Assembly (NCBI GenBank): GCA_964609135.1
Contig: CAZSQQ010000001.1
Location: 56,673-120,672 of the forward strand
Direction of reading: 5' to 3'
From: an uncultured Candidatus Saccharibacteria bacterium
Lineage (GTDB): Bacteria > Patescibacteriota > Minisyncoccia > UBA6257 > Colwellbacteraceae
Length of the DNA: 64,000 bases
The translations under genes and the position numbers were made by a program. The first letter of the stretch is position 1. Every line of letters begins with the position of its first letter. The notes below the pieces were generated by a model. It worked only from the letters and a program-made list of their open reading frames with translations. It was not told the DNA's origin and searched no databases. This document shows, piece after piece, positions 37,228-46,774 of the stretch.

Positions 37228-37404
37228 CTACCTATTGAAAGCCGACTTGCTCTCCAGAGAATCCTTAATTATGTCCAAATTACAGCTATGATTTTTACTG
37301 CACCAAGTCTCGCATTTCTTAGCCGTTTCTTCATCCTCATAATGAAATCCGCACTCCCCGCATTGATATAAAATTTTTCCTTCCTTCTCGGATTTGTTAA
37401 CCAT
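37228..37404 (-). CDS. small zinc-ribbon protein (58 aa), paralog of 14445 ORF; not in ORF track
   Basis: MVNKSEKEGKILYQCGECGFHYEDEETAKKCETWCSKNHSCNLDIIKDSLESKSAFNR; the antisense ORF 37183-37371 is spurious. Confidence 0.5.
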   Translation of the reverse strand: MVNKSEKEGKILYQCGECGFHYEDEETAKKCETWCSKNHSCNLDIIKDSLESKSAFNR

Positions 37405-37405
37405 G

Positions 37406-37960
37406 TTATTTGTTGCGGCTGTAAAGTCCTACAAGCTCTGCTTTCGCCATAATGTGTCCCCCCATCGCCTGCTCTAACTTTGACTTATCGGATGATGTTG
37501 GAAGATTAAATTCGGTATCAAGTGCGTAAAGCTTGAAGAAATACCTGTGAGTTCCTGATGGCGGGCAGGGACCGCCGTATCCCGGACGACCGAAGCTTGT
37601 CGTTCCTTGGATAGCCCCCGACGGAACACTCCTTTCGTCAACTTCTTTGGTTTCGGGAGAAATATTCCAGACTAGCCAGTGAACCCAAAGACCAACTGGA
37701 GCGTCCGGATCATCCACTATCAAAACCAAACTTTTTGCTTCTTTTGGAATATCGGAAAAGGAAAGCGGCGGATTAATATTCTCCCCGTCACAGGTGTATT
37801 TCGAGGGAATAATTTGGTTATCTTGAAATGATAAACTTGATATTTTCATGTTGCCATTCAAATCTCTGACGGAGGGCTCTTTCTCTCCGTTATTCCTCAA
37901 TACAATAATACCACTCAAGGCAAAAGCCAGTAAAACAATTAAAAAGCCTGCATATTTCAT
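37406..37960 (-). CDS. YbhB/YbcL-family PEBP (Raf-kinase-inhibitor-like) lipoprotein
   Basis: PEBP motifs DPDAP...HWLVWNI...HRYFFKLYAL; N-terminal signal. Confidence 0.7.
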   Translation of the reverse strand: MKYAGFLIVLLAFALSGIIVLRNNGEKEPSVRDLNGNMKISSLSFQDNQIIPSKYTCDGENINPPLSFSDIPKEAKSLVLIVDDPDAPVGLWVHWLVWNISPETKEVDERSVPSGAIQGTTSFGRPGYGGPCPPSGTHRYFFKLYALDTEFNLPTSSDKSKLEQAMGGHIMAKAELVGLYSRNK

Positions 37961-37967
37961 AGTTCCT

Positions 37968-38228
37968 TCACTCTATCGTAAATTCAGTAAAACCTCTCAA
38001 GTTATCGCTAAATTCGCTTTCTATTTTCGTAACCTCCGCAAACTGCGGTCCCCGATTGCACCATTTCAATAACTCGTTCAAACTCCCTTCATCCCCTTCA
38101 GCTTCCATATAGACACTCCCGTCGGGTTCATTTCTCACGAAACCCTTCAATCCCATTCTTATGGCTACCCCCAAAGCCGAGTGTCTGAAAAGAACTCCCT
38201 GCACCCGACCGCAAACCCTGATATCCAT
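37968..38228 (-). CDS. acyP: acylphosphatase
   Basis: VCGRVQGVLFR...GFVRNEPDGSV; start trimmed to MDIRVCG. Confidence 0.75.
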   Translation of the reverse strand: MDIRVCGRVQGVLFRHSALGVAIRMGLKGFVRNEPDGSVYMEAEGDEGSLNELLKWCNRGPQFAEVTKIESEFSDNLRGFTEFTIE

Positions 38229-38315
38229 ATGTTTCACTCCTAACATTTTACTAAGGTGGAGCGCAAAACAAAACCGCCCTTTCGGGCGGTTTTGCGAAAG
38301 CAATACGAATTTCGG

Positions 38316-38489
38316 TTACGCCGGCGGACAGCTACATTTTGGCTCTGCCTCACTGCATCCTCCGCACTTGGGCAGGAGATGCCGAGAACCGCACCGGTGA
38401 TTGGTATCGGGCTCCATTGCTTCGGCACCGCACACATCACACTTGTAACCGTCGGTCGGCATGCCGCAATTCATACAGCTTCCTTCCAT
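38316..38489 (-). CDS. small Cys-rich protein (57 aa, 11 Cys), not in ORF track
   Basis: MEGSCMNCGMPTDGYKCDVCGAEAMEPDTNHRCGSRHLLPKCGGCSEAEPKCSCPPA. Confidence 0.4.
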   Translation of the reverse strand: MEGSCMNCGMPTDGYKCDVCGAEAMEPDTNHRCGSRHLLPKCGGCSEAEPKCSCPPA

Positions 38490-38536
38490 ATACCCTTATA
38501 TTATACAAAATCGGTAATACCAATCAAAGTGAGTTA

Positions 38537-39190
38537 TTAACTTCTATTTAATCCGGCTAAGGGGCAGTTTTCATGATTATGGGGCCTGGCCGGACAATAC
38601 TTTCTCCCGTAGTCGATCAAGAGATATGTTATTTTAAACCAATCTCTCTTGGGAATGATTTGCATTAAATCTTTTTCAATCTTAATCGGATCGGTGTGAT
38701 TTGTTAACCCTAGAAGCTTTGACAAACGTATCACATGAGTATCCACGGCTATACCCTCAACCACTCCGTAGGCGTTTCCCAAGATGACGTTCGCGCTTTT
38801 TCTCCCTATGCCAGGAATAGTTAACATCCCCTTCATTGTCTTCGGCATTCTTCCTCTAAATTTCTCTTTAATTATTCTAGCTGCCGCCAAAATATTCTTG
38901 GCTTTGGCCCGGTAGAAGCCAGTGGGTTTGATATCCTGTTCAAATTCCTTGAGGTTGGCTCTGACATAATCATTCAGGGTCCTGTATTTCTTAAAAAGTT
39001 TGGCCGTCACTTCATTAACCTTTTTGTCGGTACACTGGGCTGATAAAACTACGGCTGCCAGAAGCTCCCAATTATTGCCGTAGCGGAGGACAATCTTGGC
39101 TTCTGGCAAGAGTTTCTTTAGGGTTTCAAGTATTTTGGCTGCTTTTTCCTTGCACTTCTCGAGTTCTTTGGGTGGAATTTGCTTCACCAT
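38537..39190 (-). CDS. nth: endonuclease III (Nth)
   Basis: HhH-GPD with catalytic Lys; 4Fe-4S cluster C-x6-C-x2-C-x5-C (CPARPHNHENCPLAG). Confidence 0.85.
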   Translation of the reverse strand: MVKQIPPKELEKCKEKAAKILETLKKLLPEAKIVLRYGNNWELLAAVVLSAQCTDKKVNEVTAKLFKKYRTLNDYVRANLKEFEQDIKPTGFYRAKAKNILAAARIIKEKFRGRMPKTMKGMLTIPGIGRKSANVILGNAYGVVEGIAVDTHVIRLSKLLGLTNHTDPIKIEKDLMQIIPKRDWFKITYLLIDYGRKYCPARPHNHENCPLAGLNRS

Positions 39191-39192
39191 GA

Positions 39193-39822
39193 CTATAGTT
39201 CTATTTCACCGCCCGCTCCCAAAGAAACAAATTGTATTCCCAACTCACCTAAGATATGTGGACCAAACCGATCTATAGCGCCGAAAGTAATAAAATCATG
39301 GACCGAAAAGCAGGTTTTCGGCTTAATCTCTTTGGCGTAATCAATGGCCTCTGAAATCTTAAGCCAGGGGGCAGAAGTTGGTAAGGCTAAAATATCAACT
39401 GGTTTTCCCGGATTGGTAAATGCATCACCTGGATAAAAAAGTTTGTTTTGGATGAAATAACCAGTATTTGATACTGGTGAAACGGTTGGATAAATCACTG
39501 CATGCCATTCTCCAAACCCTTCGATTAATACATCGCTAACAGTAGTGCTTTGCCCCTGTTCTAAAAGCTCATATTTTATTCCTTCATTATCCAAAATTTT
39601 CTCTACTCCTTTATTAGTTAGTACTCGTGCACCTGGATTATTAGCCAAAACTTTCTTTAAAGATTCCACATGCAAATGATCTTGGTGCTCATGGGTAATT
39701 AAAATCAAATTTATATTCTTTAACTCATTTTGAGCAGTCGTAAAACTACCTGGGTCAGTCAAAATCCTCAAACCCTCCTCTTCAATCACTAAACACGAAT
39801 GTCCTAATTTCTTTATTTTCAT
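39193..39822 (-). CDS. MBL-fold metallo-hydrolase
   Basis: HxHxDH motif (THEHQDH). Confidence 0.65.
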   Translation of the reverse strand: MKIKKLGHSCLVIEEEGLRILTDPGSFTTAQNELKNINLILITHEHQDHLHVESLKKVLANNPGARVLTNKGVEKILDNEGIKYELLEQGQSTTVSDVLIEGFGEWHAVIYPTVSPVSNTGYFIQNKLFYPGDAFTNPGKPVDILALPTSAPWLKISEAIDYAKEIKPKTCFSVHDFITFGAIDRFGPHILGELGIQFVSLGAGGEIEL

Positions 39823-39824
39823 GT

Positions 39825-40787
39825 TTATTCCTCGCAGCCCGAAAAAGTAAAAGCGTAAGCTTGAAAAATTCCTTCCTTGGCTTCGATAGTCAAAAATCCT
39901 CCGATCAGTTTATCACCTTTTATCAAATTATAAAGTTGTGATTTGGTAACCTTAATCTCCCCCGCATCATTCACATCCCTGCCCCTGATTTCAGATAAGA
40001 TGGGTTTGCCATCCATTCTAACAACTGTCGTGGCTTCACCGTTCGGAGCGGCCATTACCAAATTAACTTCGGTCGCGTGAAAATTCAATAAAAGCGTTGC
40101 TCCTTTTTCAGCTGATTCCACATACTCGCCTCTCGCCACAAATTTATGAGCCAAGGCAATAGAATCCTCTCTTATTTTGGCCGGCGCCTGATAATCAAAA
40201 ACTTCATTCTCTTTATAACCGCCTTCATTGCTTAAAAATCCTCTTCCGTATCCGCAGTAAGTTTCCGGCGTGGGAATAAAGCAGACCTGGCCGTGAGCGT
40301 GTTCGCCTGTACGAACTTCCGGCATTGGCTTTGCTCCGCCCTCCGTCAAAAGCTCCTGAATTTTATTTTCAGTTTCGGCATATCCCCCTTCTCCGAAGTG
40401 CGTATAAACGATTTTGCCCGTCTTATCGGCTAAATACTTGGCCGGCCAATAATGATTGGCAAAATCATTCCAGTTTACAAAATCATTGTCCTGAACTACC
40501 GGCCACTCCACCCCCAAGTCCTTGATGGCCGCCTTCACGTTTTCCGGATCTTTTTCGAATTCAAACTCCGGAGTATGGATTCCGATAATCATTAATCCTT
40601 TATCCTTATATCTCTTCCACCACTCCTTTATATAAGGAAGTGTTCTCTGGCAATTGATACAGGAATAAGTCCAAAAATCGTACAAAACAACTTTGCCTAG
40701 TAAATCCTCCGGCGTTAACGCCAGTCCGCCAACCGGCGAATTAAACCAACTATCGCCAATTATCTTTGGTTGCCGCACTGAAAACAT
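39825..40787 (-). CDS. thioredoxin-fold (redoxin) protein with C-terminal extension
   Basis: CINC active site in redoxin context (YDFWTYSCINC...); 320 aa. Confidence 0.55.
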   Translation of the reverse strand: MFSVRQPKIIGDSWFNSPVGGLALTPEDLLGKVVLYDFWTYSCINCQRTLPYIKEWWKRYKDKGLMIIGIHTPEFEFEKDPENVKAAIKDLGVEWPVVQDNDFVNWNDFANHYWPAKYLADKTGKIVYTHFGEGGYAETENKIQELLTEGGAKPMPEVRTGEHAHGQVCFIPTPETYCGYGRGFLSNEGGYKENEVFDYQAPAKIREDSIALAHKFVARGEYVESAEKGATLLLNFHATEVNLVMAAPNGEATTVVRMDGKPILSEIRGRDVNDAGEIKVTKSQLYNLIKGDKLIGGFLTIEAKEGIFQAYAFTFSGCEE

Positions 40788-40791
40788 CAGT

Positions 40792-41061
40792 TTACAAAAG
40801 AGAAATTACCTGCAATCCTTTTTCTTTAACCGTTTCTGCTGAATAAAAAGGCAGCTTATCGGCTTTAAACTTTAAAACGTAGCCGACCTTCTTCTCGATA
40901 CTTCTCCCTGTATATTGCTTAGTTTCTGGATCATACTCTTCTAAAATCAGCGTGTCGCCTTCCTTGACTTCGAAATCGGCTATTCTCAAATCAAAAGTCT
41001 TCTTGCCTCGAAGAACCTGTTCAAAGAGTTCCAGCCAAGCTTTTTTCTTGATTATTGCCAC
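40792..41061 (-). CDS. ASCH/DUF3850-like small protein
   Basis: 89 aa; pattern ...GKKTFDLRIADFEVKEGDTLILEEY... Confidence 0.45.
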   Translation of the reverse strand: MAIIKKKAWLELFEQVLRGKKTFDLRIADFEVKEGDTLILEEYDPETKQYTGRSIEKKVGYVLKFKADKLPFYSAETVKEKGLQVISLL

Positions 41062-41324
41062 TATTTGCCGAACCTAAAAGCCTGTGAAGCCAAGAAACCG
41101 GCAACTACCACCCCCGCATAGCTTATCCACATGGGCACTTCATAGTCACCGATGACTGCCGTCCAACCCAAAACAACTCTTGAAATGTGAAGTAAGGTAA
41201 TAAGAGCAAAAATGATACCGGTTATTTGGAAATAAGTTTTATGAGTCATATTAGTCTTCCTCTTCCGACCTTTATCCCTCAAATTTTCTAACAGATTGTC
41301 TGTATAAGCAATAATCGCAATCAT
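41061..41324 (-). CDS. small membrane protein
   Basis: 87 aa, 2 TM helices; overlaps next gene start. Confidence 0.3.
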   Translation of the reverse strand: MIAIIAYTDNLLENLRDKGRKRKTNMTHKTYFQITGIIFALITLLHISRVVLGWTAVIGDYEVPMWISYAGVVVAGFLASQAFRFGK

Positions 41325-42027
41325 CTCCCGGCGCGGGCATTTCGTCCCTCATCAAACACTTATGCGCCTGAAGAATCGCGTCCTCAACCCACGAGTCGTC
41401 TCCTTCGTAGGGAATGACTTTGATGTCAAACTCCAGTTTGCCGTCAAAAGCCTTCTTATCGGTATCGGCGTTGCAATAGACAAAGTAGCCGGTATTCGAA
41501 ACCTTGAATCCGTTCTTGCGGAATAGCCACTGGTAAACCTCCATCTGTCTCTTATAGCCATCCTGCCACTCGGCATCAAGATTCACCTCTCCGTTCTTGG
41601 AAGTCGCTTTGTAATCAACTATATGCAGTTCACCTTCGGGATTAATCCAGACATCATCAATACCACCTCTTATAAGCATGTTGGTCGGCTGGTGCAAGTA
41701 CTGTATTCCTCTCGTTCGCGAATCTCTCCATTCCTCAAGTCTCTCATCCTGAAAAGGCACGGCATCAATCCCGTAAGCTTTCATCAAAGGATGAGTTGTC
41801 TCCTTCGCCCTATGAATATCAAATTCCTTTTTGAGAAGCGTATCAACCGCATTGTTCAAATTGAAGGGATACCCGGGCGGACGGCCGACTCCCATTTTTT
41901 TCTCCAAATAAAAACACCTGGGGCACTCGATAAAAAGATCAATGCCGCTCCGGCTAAGGCTGAACGGCTCGTGAGAATCTGCCTGAAAAAGGTTTCTTGT
42001 CTTCTGGGGATTATAAAACTGGGACAT
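41272..42027 (-). CDS. PD-(D/E)XK nuclease superfamily protein with Cys clusters (Cas4/RecB-nuclease-like)
   Basis: IDDVW...ELHIVDYK (D...ExK core); N-terminal CPRC and C-terminal CDYC. Confidence 0.5.
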   Translation of the reverse strand: MSQFYNPQKTRNLFQADSHEPFSLSRSGIDLFIECPRCFYLEKKMGVGRPPGYPFNLNNAVDTLLKKEFDIHRAKETTHPLMKAYGIDAVPFQDERLEEWRDSRTRGIQYLHQPTNMLIRGGIDDVWINPEGELHIVDYKATSKNGEVNLDAEWQDGYKRQMEVYQWLFRKNGFKVSNTGYFVYCNADTDKKAFDGKLEFDIKVIPYEGDDSWVEDAILQAHKCLMRDEMPAPGDDCDYCLYRQSVRKFEG

Positions 42028-42056
42028 GGTTCACCGTATTCTACACTATCTTCTGT

Positions 42057-42818
42057 TCAAGCCGCGAGCCATCCGCCGTCAACATAAAAAGTAGCGCCGG
42101 TTACATAACTCGCCTCCTCCGAAGCTAAGAAGATTACCATTGCCGAAACCTCCTCTGGTTTGCCGATTCTTTTCAGGGGAACGCCCGCCAAAAAGGCTTC
42201 CATCGCTTCTTTGGACATATTGGCATCCTGAACCATCGGTGTATCAATCGCTCCCGGAGCAACGACATTCACGTTTATCCCCAAAGGCGCCCACTCAACC
42301 GCCAAAGTTTCTGACATTCCTATAATGCCGCCTTTCGAGGCCGTATAGTGCGCTCCTCCCGCAATCCCTATCCCGACCTGCCCCGAAGCAATTGAAGAAA
42401 TATTGATGATTCTCCCCCACTTATTCTTAGCCATCTCTGCCGCCGCACGCTTAGCGCAAAGAAATTGGCCTTTCAAATTAATATCAATCGTTCTATCCCA
42501 GTCCTCTTCTGTTAAATCAAGCGCCGGCTTCGGAGCATAGATGCCGGCGTTATTAACCAAAATATCCAAGCGACCGAAGAGATTCACGGCTTCGGTAAAA
42601 ACCTTGTCCACTTCATTCGTGTCCGAAACATCCATTTTGAAAGCCGCCGCCTCTCCGCCTTTGGATTTGATTTCCCCCATCACTTTCTCGCACTCTGCGA
42701 GATCAACATCGGTCACCGCCACCTTCGCCCCTTGGGAAGCCAAAGCCAAAGCGTGGGCTCGCCCCATACCGCGGCGGGCGCCCGTGACTAATGCTACTTT
42801 TCCGGTTAGGTCAAACAT
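42057..42818 (-). CDS. SDR-family oxidoreductase (FabG-like)
   Basis: TGARRGMGRA NAD(P)-binding motif; catalytic YTASK. Confidence 0.8.
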   Translation of the reverse strand: MFDLTGKVALVTGARRGMGRAHALALASQGAKVAVTDVDLAECEKVMGEIKSKGGEAAAFKMDVSDTNEVDKVFTEAVNLFGRLDILVNNAGIYAPKPALDLTEEDWDRTIDINLKGQFLCAKRAAAEMAKNKWGRIINISSIASGQVGIGIAGGAHYTASKGGIIGMSETLAVEWAPLGINVNVVAPGAIDTPMVQDANMSKEAMEAFLAGVPLKRIGKPEEVSAMVIFLASEEASYVTGATFYVDGGWLAA

Positions 42819-42885
42819 TTGTTTACAATGAGAGTTTTTCTATGCTTGCTATGTAACCTTTCACGCTTAAATTATACACCTCTGG

Positions 42886-43395
42886 CTAAATAGTCTGCCA
42901 ATTTAACGTCCAGATAACATAGTTAAGATACATCGCAAAGCTTACCCAAAGGATATAAGGAACGAGAAGATATGCGGCCGGGCGGGAGATTTTGTAAAAG
43001 ACGGCGATTGTCCAGAGAATGGTGAGCCAGAGTGCGATGATATTAGCTAAAGCCCAGCCGGGACTTTGCAATCCAAAAAAGACAACCGACCAAAGCGCGT
43101 TTAGGATGAGTTGAAAACCGAATATGTAAATTGCGATTTTGACTTCTTTCTTCTCCCATCCTCCACGCCATATGAAGAATGCCGCAACACCCATCAAAAA
43201 ATAAAGCGTTATCCAAACCGGCCCAAACACCCACGCTGGTGGATTAAGCGCCGGCTTTACAAGTCCAGCATACCAAGTCAGTCCCGAAACGGCTTGTGGT
43301 GAGCTTGTCAAACCCATAAAAACAGAGCCGACAACTCCGGCAAGCTCGGACACAAAGACAGCGATGATTAATTTGAACAAATCATTAACTTTCAC
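42886..43395 (-). CDS. tspO: TspO/MBR tryptophan-rich sensory protein
   Basis: 5 TM helices, Trp-rich; PAWVFGPVWITLY. Confidence 0.75.
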   Translation of the reverse strand: MKVNDLFKLIIAVFVSELAGVVGSVFMGLTSSPQAVSGLTWYAGLVKPALNPPAWVFGPVWITLYFLMGVAAFFIWRGGWEKKEVKIAIYIFGFQLILNALWSVVFFGLQSPGWALANIIALWLTILWTIAVFYKISRPAAYLLVPYILWVSFAMYLNYVIWTLNWQTI

Positions 43396-43422
43396 CTCTT
43401 AGATTTTATCACCTTCCCCGAA

Positions 43423-43644
43423 TTATAAACTAATCTCAAAAATCTTGTTTTTTGATCTGGCTCCTTTAACCAATCTGATTCTTCCCAAAGGAATCCTAAG
43501 GCGTGTGGATAAAGTTTTTATAACCGCTTTGTTAGCCAGCCCTCTTTCCGGCTTGGCCCTAACGTAAACCTCAAAACTATCCTCCGCTTTCTTGATTATT
43601 TTATCCTTTTTAGAGCCAGGATGGGCTTTGACCTTGAAATACAT
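43423..43644 (-). CDS. DUF167 (YggU) family protein
   Basis: 73 aa; VKAHPGSKKDKI...GLANKAVIKTL pattern. Confidence 0.6.
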   Translation of the reverse strand: MYFKVKAHPGSKKDKIIKKAEDSFEVYVRAKPERGLANKAVIKTLSTRLRIPLGRIRLVKGARSKNKIFEISL

Positions 43645-43669
43645 TTGGTCTATTTCACCATTCTACCAC

Positions 43670-43775
43670 TCACGCCTACCCTGAGCGACTTGTCCTGTCT
43701 GCCCTGAAAAACTTGAAGGGAGTCTCATCGAAGGAAGTCGAATGGGACCTGTCCTGAGCCGAGCCGAAGGGTACA
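43670..43775. repeat. GC-rich intergenic repeat cluster of the CCTTCG/GCTCAGG family
   Basis: ACCCTGAGCGACTTGTCCTG ... GACCTGTCCTGAGCCGAGCCGAAGGGTAC; related to repeats inside uvrC. Confidence 0.5.
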
Positions 43776-43826
43776 AAAAACCGCCCCTCCGTTTCCAGAA
43801 GAGCGGTTTTTCGTTTGCGTAGGGTT

Positions 43827-44024
43827 CTAAGCGCGCGAGACGTTCACTGCGGCAGGGCCCTTTTCGGTTTCGCTTACCTCAAAGGTGACCTTATCGCCAA
43901 CCTTCAATTCGTCGAAAGTAACGCCCTTCAACTCGTTAGAGTGAAAGAAAAGATCCTTGTCCTCGCCTTCGCGGGCAATGAATCCAAATCCCTTCTGTGT
44001 AAGAGTCTTGATTGTTCCTTGCAT
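43827..44024 (-). CDS. cspA: cold-shock protein
   Basis: 65 aa; KGFGFI RNP-1 motif, FFHSNEL RNP-2. Confidence 0.85.
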   Translation of the reverse strand: MQGTIKTLTQKGFGFIAREGEDKDLFFHSNELKGVTFDELKVGDKVTFEVSETEKGPAAVNVSRA

Positions 44025-44124
44025 TTGGTTGTTTATATTGTTGCTACGAGAAACTCGACATGTTTTCGCTTCCTAATGGTCTAGATGCAATAGACAAAAA
44101 TGATGCCCTATAAGCCCTGTTTTG

Positions 44125-44325
44125 TCAATTCTGCGACAGAATGTTTTGGACCCGGCCTACCTGGCCATTTGTAAGGCGCACTTTTATGCCGTGCGGGTGG
44201 AATTCGGAGTTGGTTAGGATTTCAGCCACCAGTCCGCGAGTAAGTTCTCCGCCCGCCTGATCGGCTTTTAGAACTACTTCCACTTCCATTCCCGGTTTTA
44301 TATCTTTCCTATTCTGCCCGCTCAT
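44125..44325 (-). CDS. YwbE (DUF2196) family protein
   Basis: 66 aa; VEVVLKADQAGGELTRGLVAEIL...GIKVRLTNGQVGRV. Confidence 0.55.
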   Translation of the reverse strand: MSGQNRKDIKPGMEVEVVLKADQAGGELTRGLVAEILTNSEFHPHGIKVRLTNGQVGRVQNILSQN

Positions 44326-44778
44326 AGTTTCAGGGATTTGGCTTTTTCTGAAAGTTCAAATTTTTCCATCTCCTAATTTTTTCGTTGGCCAAATAGTTAT
44401 TTGTAATTTTGGATTTTATACTGCTGATTGCATAATCTAATAAATCTTTGTAATACTTCTAGGTAACAGACCTTGCATTTTCACTAGCTCCTGTATTTAT
44501 AACTTCTTGGGCCACTTGAATACATTTTTTAGCTTTCACAATTCTCTGCTGCTCTCGTAAAATAATCTCTGTGCTATCGGCTATGTCACCAATTCTACCC
44601 TTTACATACATATCTACAGATTAACTTCTAGTCGTATTGAAAAATTTAGCTCTTTTATCTAAATCGCTTTCAAGTTCTTTTTTGGTGGGAACTTTATATC
44701 GTGCGGAGATTCTTTTTCTACCCATAAATTTATTCCCCTAATTTTTTTGTTGGCTAGTTAGTCAATTTCATTCTCTAT

Positions 44779-45414
44779 CTATACAAAATTCATATTTTCT
44801 TCCTTTAAAAACTTTTGAAGTATAGAATTATTAGAAATAATAAATCTGTTACTGAAACCTAAACCAAATTCATTTTCATCTTTAAGAGGTTTTAGCTTTA
44901 ACAACTTTCTCATTTCGAGTATAAAAAGATCCATATATGATCTTTCTTCCGGTATAAAAAGAGTATACACACTTGGTCCTGTTTTTTTAAATTCTGGATA
45001 CCTACTAATCTCATAAAAAAGGTTATATTTTTTAACTATAAAATCTAGATATTTTGAAGTTAAAACCACGCTTTCTAAATTACTTGCTTCATCTGTACAA
45101 TTCTTTAGTAGTTTTTCCAAATCATGCTCAAATAATCCAATGGAACCCTTTTTAAGAATTAGAAAAGATTTTAAGTAATTTTCTATACTTTGATGGAAAA
45201 GAAATAAAAATGTTTCGATGCCCATTCTACATAAAATTCTACCAGCAAAATATAAATCAGTTCCTTTCTCAGCGTATCCACTAAAACTTTTTCTAGATAT
45301 TTTTGAAATTAATTTATTAGACTTTTTGGGATACAAATTTTGACCAAATTGCAACTCACAATAATTTTTAACGAATTTGTAATCGCTAAAATTTCTTATA
45401 CTCTGATTTGCCAT
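44779..45414 (-). CDS. hypothetical protein in low-GC island (possible HEPN-like helical protein)
   Basis: 211 aa, very AT-rich; helix pattern FHQSIENYLKSFLILKKGS...EHDLEKLL; no firm motif. Confidence 0.35.
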   Translation of the reverse strand: MANQSIRNFSDYKFVKNYCELQFGQNLYPKKSNKLISKISRKSFSGYAEKGTDLYFAGRILCRMGIETFLFLFHQSIENYLKSFLILKKGSIGLFEHDLEKLLKNCTDEASNLESVVLTSKYLDFIVKKYNLFYEISRYPEFKKTGPSVYTLFIPEERSYMDLFILEMRKLLKLKPLKDENEFGLGFSNRFIISNNSILQKFLKEENMNFV

Positions 45415-45495
45415 ACATAATCTTAGTTCTCAATCATTTCTTCGACCTTTTGCTTGAGATTCTAACTGAATTATCAATCTTAAAATAGGTGCCTA

Positions 45496-46674
45496 TTAAA
45501 CCCTGCTCATGACTACAGTTTGATTTTTTATTCTTGAAGTAAGTATTCGCAGAAACTTTAATGGGCAACTTTCTACGAAACTTCTAAATAGCCACGCTTC
45601 TTTATCTTCTAGAACTTTGTCTAGATACTCTGGTTGATACCTCACAAGTTCACTCATAAAAAACATGGTGAGATAAATAACTATATCTTCATGTATTGGA
45701 AATCTCTGATCATCAATAATCATAGGAAGGGTGATATCGAAAGAAGTATTATCTAGCAAATACTTTGGTTCTATTGATGAGTCAAATATCTCTTTTAGTA
45801 TCTTCCAACAATTTATCACTCCGTAGTTAGTCGCCTCCAGAGAAGGATAAGAATCTAAAGATATTACCTTATCTTCCTTAAATTGATAAAAATCTAATTC
45901 TAGCCATTCCATTCTATTAAATTGGAATATATCGCGAAAGGCTAGGTCAGCTTTTGTCGGCATAGATACAAACTCAAAATATTCATCAAATTTTTTAAAA
46001 TTCTCATCCAAGATGGTTTTAGTAATGTCTTTCGGGATAGCTAGAACTGACCAAGCCCTTTTCGTATCCTTATCAAAACAAATACGATGAATTACTGAGC
46101 CTATATTTAGATCTCCGAATTTACACTCTAAGTATTGGTACGAAATTTCTATATTATAACTAAATAGGTCTACTACCTTAAATTTCTTCGGCGGTTCTAT
46201 TTGGAAAACTTCTTTGTAAAATAAATAAAATACTTGATTGTCCCCGTGATTAACATCAAGATACTTGTTAATCAAATCACTTACAAATTGATCTTTACTG
46301 TAATAAATGCCGTGAGATACTTTATCTTGTAGGCTAGGATTTTTTAACAAGATAAACGCCTTAACTAAATTTAAGAAAGAGTAATAATAAAGAAGGGAAG
46401 AAGAGCGAAAGTTAGTTTTGGTTGCTACTTCCCAATAATTATTTGCTTGACGGATAAAGGCTCTAAATCTATGCCACGTATTCTCAAATAATGTTTCGGG
46501 TACATTAAACTTCGAAAACAATTCGTAGGCTGCCGACTTAACTTCTGAAACATGAATCAACAAAAGCCATAGTTCTTGTTCTATATCTAGAGAAGTACCC
46601 ATTTCTATCGTGGAAAAAGGTGGATCGTATCTCCAACTATCTATTCTTCTCAGTTGTGGTGCACCATTTGTCAT
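45496..46674 (-). CDS. hypothetical protein in low-GC island (candidate accessory/defense)
   Basis: 392 aa, no recognisable catalytic motif; about 30% GC. Confidence 0.35.
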   Translation of the reverse strand: MTNGAPQLRRIDSWRYDPPFSTIEMGTSLDIEQELWLLLIHVSEVKSAAYELFSKFNVPETLFENTWHRFRAFIRQANNYWEVATKTNFRSSSLLYYYSFLNLVKAFILLKNPSLQDKVSHGIYYSKDQFVSDLINKYLDVNHGDNQVFYLFYKEVFQIEPPKKFKVVDLFSYNIEISYQYLECKFGDLNIGSVIHRICFDKDTKRAWSVLAIPKDITKTILDENFKKFDEYFEFVSMPTKADLAFRDIFQFNRMEWLELDFYQFKEDKVISLDSYPSLEATNYGVINCWKILKEIFDSSIEPKYLLDNTSFDITLPMIIDDQRFPIHEDIVIYLTMFFMSELVRYQPEYLDKVLEDKEAWLFRSFVESCPLKFLRILTSRIKNQTVVMSRV

Positions 46675-46774
46675 ATTATTCCCAAAAACTAATTTTGGTC
46701 TTTGGAGAGTTTAGTAATCTTTTCTTTTTTCTTTGCTAAAAATTCCTTCAAAACCTCCTTTGGCTCGCGGTGGA

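Noticed and set aside
37183-37371. 62-aa + ORF ending ...IMKSALPALI, and the similar 14478-14690 ORF
   Set aside because: Both are antisense shadows of the duplicated zinc-ribbon micro-protein genes; their similarity simply mirrors the paralogy of the real genes.
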